Under the pieces are notes generated by a model that saw only the letters and a program-made list of their open reading frames with translations, did not search any database and was not told where the DNA came from. A DNA stretch of 64,000 nucleotides. Origin: a bacterium. GTDB taxonomy: Bacteria; Zhuqueibacterota; Zhuqueibacteria; Residuimicrobiales; Krinioviventaceae. Position 1 is the first letter of the stretch; each line of letters starts with the position of its first letter. Positions 58,693 to 64,000 of this stretch are shown here, piece after piece. A program made the position numbers and the translations under genes. The stretch covers positions 3,488,001 through 3,552,000 of the forward strand of contig OY843751.1 of NCBI GenBank assembly GCA_963693055.1, given 5' to 3'.

Positions 58693-59818
58693 GGCTTTTT
58701 TCCTTAATAAATTCAAGTATTTCGTAGGGATTAATGGGTTCACCATTATATTTATTGAATGGAGATACCGGAACTTTACCTCTAACAGCCCATTCTACTT
58801 CATGAAACATCTGCCCCATATTTAATTCAGGAACAATCCACTGGTTCACTTTTTCCGTAAACTCTTGAATCACCTCATGCGCAAAAGGCCACAATGTTTT
58901 AAGGCGTAACATTCCAACTTTAATCCCTTCTTCACGTGCCATTTGCAGGGCTTGACGGGCCGAACGGGAAGCGGAACCATACGCCAATATTCCGATCTCA
59001 GCATCATCCATATCTATTAATTCGTAACTAATAATTTCATCTTTACGTTTGGAAATTTTTCGATCTAACCGGTCCATCAAAGCTTTAATTTTAACCGTAT
59101 CATTTGTAGGGAACCCGGTTTCATCATGCGCAAGACCGGTTACATGATACCGGTAACCTGAGCCAAAATCAGCCATGGGTGGTACATCAGACTCTGTCAT
59201 TTTATACGGCAGATAATCATCATGTCCACCTACAGGTCGCTCACGATCAAACACCTCTACATTTTTCAAATCAGGAATACTGACTTTTTCATTCACATGC
59301 CCAATAATCTCATCCAACAATAGTACAACCGGGGTACGAAATCTCTCTGCAAGATTAAATGCACGAATGGTCTCGTCGTAAATCTCTCGTACACTGTTGG
59401 GTGCCAGGGCAATAATTTGATGATCTCCATGGGTACCCCATCTTGCCTGCATAACATCACCCTGAGATGGTAATGTTGGCAATCCGGTGCTTGGGCCACC
59501 ACGCATTACATTTACAATAACACATGGAATTTCTGACATAATTGCGTATCCCAAATTCTCCTGCATAAGAGAAAAACCGGGGCCACTTGTTGCAGTCATA
59601 GTCTTAGTACCGGTTAGCGACGCACCTATAATTGCACCAATAGAAGCAATTTCATCTTCCATTTGAACAAAAACGCCCTTGTGTTTTGGGAGCTCAACTG
59701 CCAGGACTTCGGCAATTTCAGAAGAAGGTGTAATGGGATACCCGGCAAAAAACCGCAATCCGGCTGCAAGAGCAGCTTCTGCACATGCTTCATTCCCTGA
59801 AATAATTTTTGTTTCCAT
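58685..59818 (-). CDS. korA: 2-oxoacid:ferredoxin oxidoreductase alpha subunit
   Basis: GYPITPSSE, QMEDEI, TATSGPG, RGGPSTG. Confidence 0.9.
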   Translation of the reverse strand: METKIISGNEACAEAALAAGLRFFAGYPITPSSEIAEVLAVELPKHKGVFVQMEDEIASIGAIIGASLTGTKTMTATSGPGFSLMQENLGYAIMSEIPCVIVNVMRGGPSTGLPTLPSQGDVMQARWGTHGDHQIIALAPNSVREIYDETIRAFNLAERFRTPVVLLLDEIIGHVNEKVSIPDLKNVEVFDRERPVGGHDDYLPYKMTESDVPPMADFGSGYRYHVTGLAHDETGFPTNDTVKIKALMDRLDRKISKRKDEIISYELIDMDDAEIGILAYGSASRSARQALQMAREEGIKVGMLRLKTLWPFAHEVIQEFTEKVNQWIVPELNMGQMFHEVEWAVRGKVPVSPFNKYNGEPINPYEILEFIKEKSRV

Positions 59819-60042
59819 TATTTTTTACCCTCCCCAGCTTCCGGTTCGGCTGTAACATCAATAGCAAAATCCGGACAATACAATTCACACAAGCCACATG
59901 CAGTACATGCGCTTAGATTTTTGACATGTGCAATTCCATCCCGCATTTCTAAAACATCATGCGGGCAAAATTCTACACAAATCTCACATCCCTTACACCA
60001 GGATGGTTTGACCCTGACGTCAATATTTTTGTATTTAGCCAT
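59818..60042 (-). CDS. korD: 2-oxoacid:ferredoxin oxidoreductase delta subunit (2x[4Fe-4S] ferredoxin)
   Basis: CKGCEICVEFCP and CTACGLCELYCPDFAI; ATG 60042 overlaps the arcC stop. Confidence 0.88.
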   Translation of the reverse strand: MAKYKNIDVRVKPSWCKGCEICVEFCPHDVLEMRDGIAHVKNLSACTACGLCELYCPDFAIDVTAEPEAGEGKK

Positions 60043-61015
60043 GATGACTTTCCATTTGATTATGAGCAATCACAGTGCCTGTTTTCCCTTCTAATGCGTC
60101 TGCAAGTTTTTCTACTGAACAAATACAGACCTTAAGGCCTCCATTCTCTAAAAACTGAATTGCGGCCTTGATTTTGGGTCCCATGCTTCCCATGGGAAAC
60201 TGTCCTTCTTTAAGATAATGTCGAGCTGTATTAATATCAAGGTAATCGAGGAACTTTTGTTCTGCTTGCCTATAATTTACGGCGACTTTTTCCACTGCGG
60301 TGAGTATATAAAGCTCCGTTGCACCAATATCATGGGCCAAAACTGCAGAAGCCAGGTCTTTATCTATTACAGCATCCACACCTTCCAAAGAGCCGTCCTT
60401 TTCACGATAAACCGGAATACCACCTCCACCAGCAGCAATGACAAGTACACCCTGATGCACAAGCTGCCTGATTATTTCCGCTTCTACAATTGCCAGAGGA
60501 TGCGGGGATGGCACCACCCTGCGATATCCTCTGCCGGAATCTTCTTTTAAAGTATAACCACGTTCATCCTGAAGAGATTCCACTTGATTTTCTTTATAAA
60601 AAGGACCAACAAACTTGGCAGGGTCATGAATTGAAGGATCATCTTTTGAAACAAGCACCTGGGTCAATATTGTAGCTACTTTACGTTCAATATTTCGATC
60701 CAAAAGCTTGTTTTGCAGGGTCTGTTCAATCATGTAACCCATACCACCTTCAAGATCAGCAACAATCACACCAAGGGGTACCGGCGGCACCATGTGACGT
60801 GCCGCCTCTACCCGTATCAATGCATTGCCAACCTGAGGGCCATTACCATGTGTTATTGCCAATTTATATCCGCGTTCAACCAGTTCAACCACTCCAAACA
60901 ATGCTTTACGCGTATTGGCAAACTGTTGATAAATGTTGCCCTCTTCAAATTCGCGAGTAATCGCATTGCCGCCCAAAGCAACAACAGCAATGCGGTTTTT
61001 ATCTTGCTTTGCCAT
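60035..61015 (-). CDS. arcC: Carbamate kinase
   Basis: VALGGNA, THGNGPQVG, RRVVPSP, GGGGIPV, AVIDKD, GSMGPK. Confidence 0.95.
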   Translation of the reverse strand: MAKQDKNRIAVVALGGNAITREFEEGNIYQQFANTRKALFGVVELVERGYKLAITHGNGPQVGNALIRVEAARHMVPPVPLGVIVADLEGGMGYMIEQTLQNKLLDRNIERKVATILTQVLVSKDDPSIHDPAKFVGPFYKENQVESLQDERGYTLKEDSGRGYRRVVPSPHPLAIVEAEIIRQLVHQGVLVIAAGGGGIPVYREKDGSLEGVDAVIDKDLASAVLAHDIGATELYILTAVEKVAVNYRQAEQKFLDYLDINTARHYLKEGQFPMGSMGPKIKAAIQFLENGGLKVCICSVEKLADALEGKTGTVIAHNQMESHHG

Positions 61016-61017
61016 TT

Positions 61018-62328
61018 CTAGATATTCTTTAATGCGTCATGCAGGGTTAATGCACCTATTTCCTGTAAATCATAATAAACCCGTACAGACGGCTTTTTAA
61101 TATTAATCACACGGTTCAGATCTATTGGTGTGCCTATAATTACTGTGTCACAATCTGTTGCATTGATTGTAGCTTCAAGGTCACGCAATTGTTCTTCACC
61201 ATAACCCATTGCTGGCAATAATTGACCAATTCCGGGATAAATGTCAAAAGTTTCCTGCAACCTGCCTTTGAGATACGGACGCGGATCAACCAAACGTTCA
61301 GCACCCCAGCGCTCTGCAGCTACTACACCCGCGCCATAGGTCATTTCTCCATGCGTCAATGTGGGGCCATCTTCAACAACAAGTACCCGTTTGCCACGAA
61401 TCAACTCAGGATCATCAACTCGAATTGGTGATGCGGCATCTATGATCTGCGCTTTGGGATTAAAGGTACGAACATTATCACGCACATCTTCAATATCTTC
61501 AAATTCTGCTTCAACAACTTTGTTGATTATTACATAATCCGCCATTCTAAGATTAGTTTCACCAGGATGATAAGAAATTTCGTGCCCTGATCTTAATGGA
61601 TCCGCAACCACAATATGAACATCTGGTTTATAAAATGGAGTATCATTATTACCACCATCCCACAAGATCACATCAGCTTCTTTTTCCGCTTCAGCAAGGA
61701 TAGCACCATAATCTACACCTGCATAAATAACAGAACCACTGGCAATATGGGGTTCATATTCTTCCATTTCTTCAATGGTACAATTGTGTTTTTTCAAATC
61801 ATCCAGAGTTGCAAACCGTTGCACTTTTTGCGCGGCTAGATCACCATACGGCATAGGGTGACGGATAGCTACAACTTTTTTACCTTTTTCTTTCAAGATT
61901 TCTGCAACCCTGCGTGTGGTTTGACTTTTACCGCAACCTGTCCGTACTGCGCAAATAGATACAACTGGTACTTTGGATTTAAGCATGGTGTATTTGGGTC
62001 CCAGCAAATTAAAGCTGGCGCCCAGCGCATTTACTTCTGATGCTTTGTTCATAACATACTCGTGCGGTACATCGCTGTATGAAAAGAACACTTCATCAAT
62101 ATCATGATCACGGACCAATTTTGACAGGTCTTCTTCAGGATGTATGGGAATACCATTTGGGTACAAGGGACCTGCCAGCTCCGCGGGGTATTTCCTCCCC
62201 TCAATATCCGGAATCTGGGTAGCTGTAAAAGCTACTACCTCGTACTCTTGGTGTTCGCGAAAGTAAGTGTTAAAGTTGTGAAAATCGCGTCCTGCTGCTC
62301 CCATGATCAATGCTTTACGCTTTGCCAT
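61018..62328 (-). CDS. Arginine synthetase (ArcE)-like P-loop protein (cyclic 2,3-diphosphoglycerate synthetase/'GTPase' family, COG2403)
   Basis: GAAGRDFHNFN, AFTATQIP, AVRTGCGKSQT, RHPMPYG, WDGGNND, EDGPTLTHG; directly upstream of carbamate kinase. Confidence 0.75.
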   Translation of the reverse strand: MAKRKALIMGAAGRDFHNFNTYFREHQEYEVVAFTATQIPDIEGRKYPAELAGPLYPNGIPIHPEEDLSKLVRDHDIDEVFFSYSDVPHEYVMNKASEVNALGASFNLLGPKYTMLKSKVPVVSICAVRTGCGKSQTTRRVAEILKEKGKKVVAIRHPMPYGDLAAQKVQRFATLDDLKKHNCTIEEMEEYEPHIASGSVIYAGVDYGAILAEAEKEADVILWDGGNNDTPFYKPDVHIVVADPLRSGHEISYHPGETNLRMADYVIINKVVEAEFEDIEDVRDNVRTFNPKAQIIDAASPIRVDDPELIRGKRVLVVEDGPTLTHGEMTYGAGVVAAERWGAERLVDPRPYLKGRLQETFDIYPGIGQLLPAMGYGEEQLRDLEATINATDCDTVIIGTPIDLNRVINIKKPSVRVYYDLQEIGALTLHDALKNI

Positions 62329-62352
62329 AACTTACTCCTTTTGGTTTTAGCA

Positions 62353-62387
62353 TAAAAAAAAGGCAGGTGTAGTTTTCACCTGCCTTT
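62353..62387 (-). terminator. Intrinsic terminator after dusB
   Basis: Minus strand AAAGGCAGGTG-AAAACTA-CACCTGCC-T8. Confidence 0.8.
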
Positions 62388-62392
62388 GGTAA

Positions 62393-63337
62393 TTAGTTAA
62401 AATCTTCAGAATGTAAAAAACCGCTCAATGTCTCGTGGACATCTTTATAATTTTTTTGAGTAAATATCCTTTTTCGAATATCTGCGGCTTTTGGCAAGCC
62501 TTTCAGATACGTTGCTATGTGTTTTCGCATAATCAATACGGCCCGATCAGCACCGTACAATTCTTTTGCATATTCCATATGTTTTAGACATCCCGTTAGT
62601 TTCTCCTGCGGAGAAGGCATTACGGGTTCTTTATTTTCATGAATCAGCATTTTAATCTGCTGAAATATCCAGGGATTTCCTCTGGCCGCACGACCGATCA
62701 TAATTCCATCACAACCGGTTTCGTCGTACATGCGCTTGGCATCAAAAGCGGTTTTAATATCACCATTTCCTATTACAGGAATAGATACAGCCTGCTTTAC
62801 CTGGCGTATGATGTCCCAGTCAGATTTACCTTTGAACATCATTTTCTGAGTTCGAGGATGCACCGCAATCATGGCAATGCCAGCATCTTCAAGTATTTTA
62901 GATGCATCCAGCGCAACATTACTGTCCCAACCACTACGAATTTTGGCTGTAACGGGTATATCCGTTACTTTGGTAACAGCATATGCTATGGATTTCATCA
63001 ACTCGAGATCACGCATAATTGCTGAGCCGGCACCACGTTTAACAATCTTTCTTGCCGGACACCCGAAATTTATATCAATGAACGCTGGTTTATAACCGGC
63101 AATAATCTCTACAGCTTTTGCCAGCGTATCTGCCTCGGCCCCAAATACCTGAATACCTACCGGTTGTTCAAATTCCTTAAACACAGCAAGTTCCAAAGTC
63201 TTTTCCTGATACCGGATAATACCATCAGCACTTGCCATTTCCGTGTAAACAATATCGGCGCCATTCTCTTTGCAGAGGCGCCTGAGGGCCAAGTCCGACC
63301 ATCCTGCTAATGGAGCCAAAGCGGATGGTTTGTCCAT
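62393..63337 (-). CDS. dusB: tRNA-dihydrouridine synthase
   Basis: LAPLAG, YTEM, IDINFGCP, VTAKIRSG, GNGDI, MIGR...GNPWIF; start approximate. Confidence 0.92.
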   Translation of the reverse strand: MDKPSALAPLAGWSDLALRRLCKENGADIVYTEMASADGIIRYQEKTLELAVFKEFEQPVGIQVFGAEADTLAKAVEIIAGYKPAFIDINFGCPARKIVKRGAGSAIMRDLELMKSIAYAVTKVTDIPVTAKIRSGWDSNVALDASKILEDAGIAMIAVHPRTQKMMFKGKSDWDIIRQVKQAVSIPVIGNGDIKTAFDAKRMYDETGCDGIMIGRAARGNPWIFQQIKMLIHENKEPVMPSPQEKLTGCLKHMEYAKELYGADRAVLIMRKHIATYLKGLPKAADIRKRIFTQKNYKDVHETLSGFLHSEDFN

Positions 63338-63423
63338 ATTCAAATCTTTTATCAACACGCGCCGAATATACAGCTTTAAACCCCAAAAGGCAAGCATAAA
63401 TTATCCGGCACGTTAAAAAAGCT

Positions 63424-64000
63424 CTATTTTGCGAACAACATTTTAAATGTATTTTGGAAATCACCAGCCTGCATCTTGACAAAATAAATTCCGGATGCTG
63501 CCAGTGTACCACTATTGGATGTACCATCCCATACTAAACGATGTGAACCTGCCGATTGTTCCGAATTGCACAATTCTTTAACCAGCTCACCTCGGGTATT
63601 AAATATAGTCAACTTTACATTACTTGCACGTGGTACATCATATTCAATGGTTGTATGCGCGTTAAAAGGATTGGGATAATTCTGTCGTAACGCAAATTTT
63701 TTGGGTACAGTTGCATCATCAACCTCAATGGATATAGGACCAAATGAGGTCATGGCACCATCTGTATCAATCTGTTCAATCTTGTAATAAACTGTACCGG
63801 TTTCATGATTACTATTATCAATATACTCGTAATTGTGTTCATTGGTAGATGTTCCGGCACCCGCAATCAATGCTGAATTGATTTTTGTCCAGGGACCCTC
63901 TGCAGTTATAGCACGCATAACATTAAATCCCAGATTGCGGATCTCGGATTTGGTTTGCCATTTCAATACTGCGCCTGTTTCTGCATCATAACTCGCGGAC
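63424..64000 (-). CDS. C-terminal end of a secreted protein with T9SS/FlgD-Ig-type sorting domain (truncated by window end)
   Basis: The frame stays open to the window edge (...SASYDAETGAVLKWQTKSE); YYKIEQIDTDG; QNYPNPFN...WDG...SGIYFVKM. Confidence 0.85.
   Translation of the reverse strand, partial: SASYDAETGAVLKWQTKSEIRNLGFNVMRAITAEGPWTKINSALIAGAGTSTNEHNYEYIDNSNHETGTVYYKIEQIDTDGAMTSFGPISIEVDDATVPKKFALRQNYPNPFNAHTTIEYDVPRASNVKLTIFNTRGELVKELCNSEQSAGSHRLVWDGTSNSGTLAASGIYFVKMQAGDFQNTFKMLFAK

Noticed and set aside
735-63527. Many 60-190-aa ORFs antisense or out-of-frame to long genes (e.g. 10370..10906, 46066..46626, 51570..52103)
   Set aside because: They lie entirely within well-supported genes and have no motifs. 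The similar antisense ORFs in the PKD genes just mirror the conserved C-terminal DNA.
1-64000. tRNA, rRNA, transposase or prophage genes
   Set aside because: None recognised; the intergenic gaps are short and show no cloverleaf or rRNA signatures by eye.

Overview
Bacterial window, most likely FCB superphylum (KSB1/Calditrichota-like; inferred from C-terminal 'YPNPFNP' secretion/sorting domains and gene content). Nearly all genes are on the minus strand. From left to right: (1) a secreted glycan-processing cassette (two BNR/sialidase-like proteins, a GH-like protein, an amidohydrolase) and a CNNM/DUF21 gene; (2) four tandem ~1000-aa secreted paralogues, each built from three copies of an unrecognised ~160-aa domain, a fourth domain, 3x PKD and a sorting domain, separated by a conserved RNA-like hairpin; (3) an esterase; (4) an unusual ~12.6-kb signalling locus in which Opp/Dpp peptide ABC transporter genes are interleaved with an intact GAF histidine kinase, a Ser/Thr kinase-(degenerate STAND ATPase)-TPR protein, a ZU5-like lipoprotein ending in an HFS motif, and a degenerate GAF pseudo-kinase, with two sigma54-like promoters; (5) a DAACS symporter, a site-2 protease and a spermidine-synthase-like membrane protein; (6) an AT-rich Gabija-type OLD nuclease + UvrD pair preceded by a repeat-flanked mini-gene; (7) thrA-thrC with a long structured leader; (8) housekeeping: acyl-CoA dehydrogenase, rnc, fabF, acpP, fabG, fabD, an inserted CsgG-like/TPR lipoprotein, fabH, plsX, rpmF, yceD, ndk, a four-subunit 2-oxoacid:ferredoxin oxidoreductase, carbamate kinase, an arginine-synthetase (ArcE)-like protein, dusB and a truncated secreted protein. 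The best candidate for an undescribed system is the Opp/kinase/HFS-lipoprotein locus (21971-34582); the PKD paralogue array is second. All calls come from reading motifs by eye; no searches were run.
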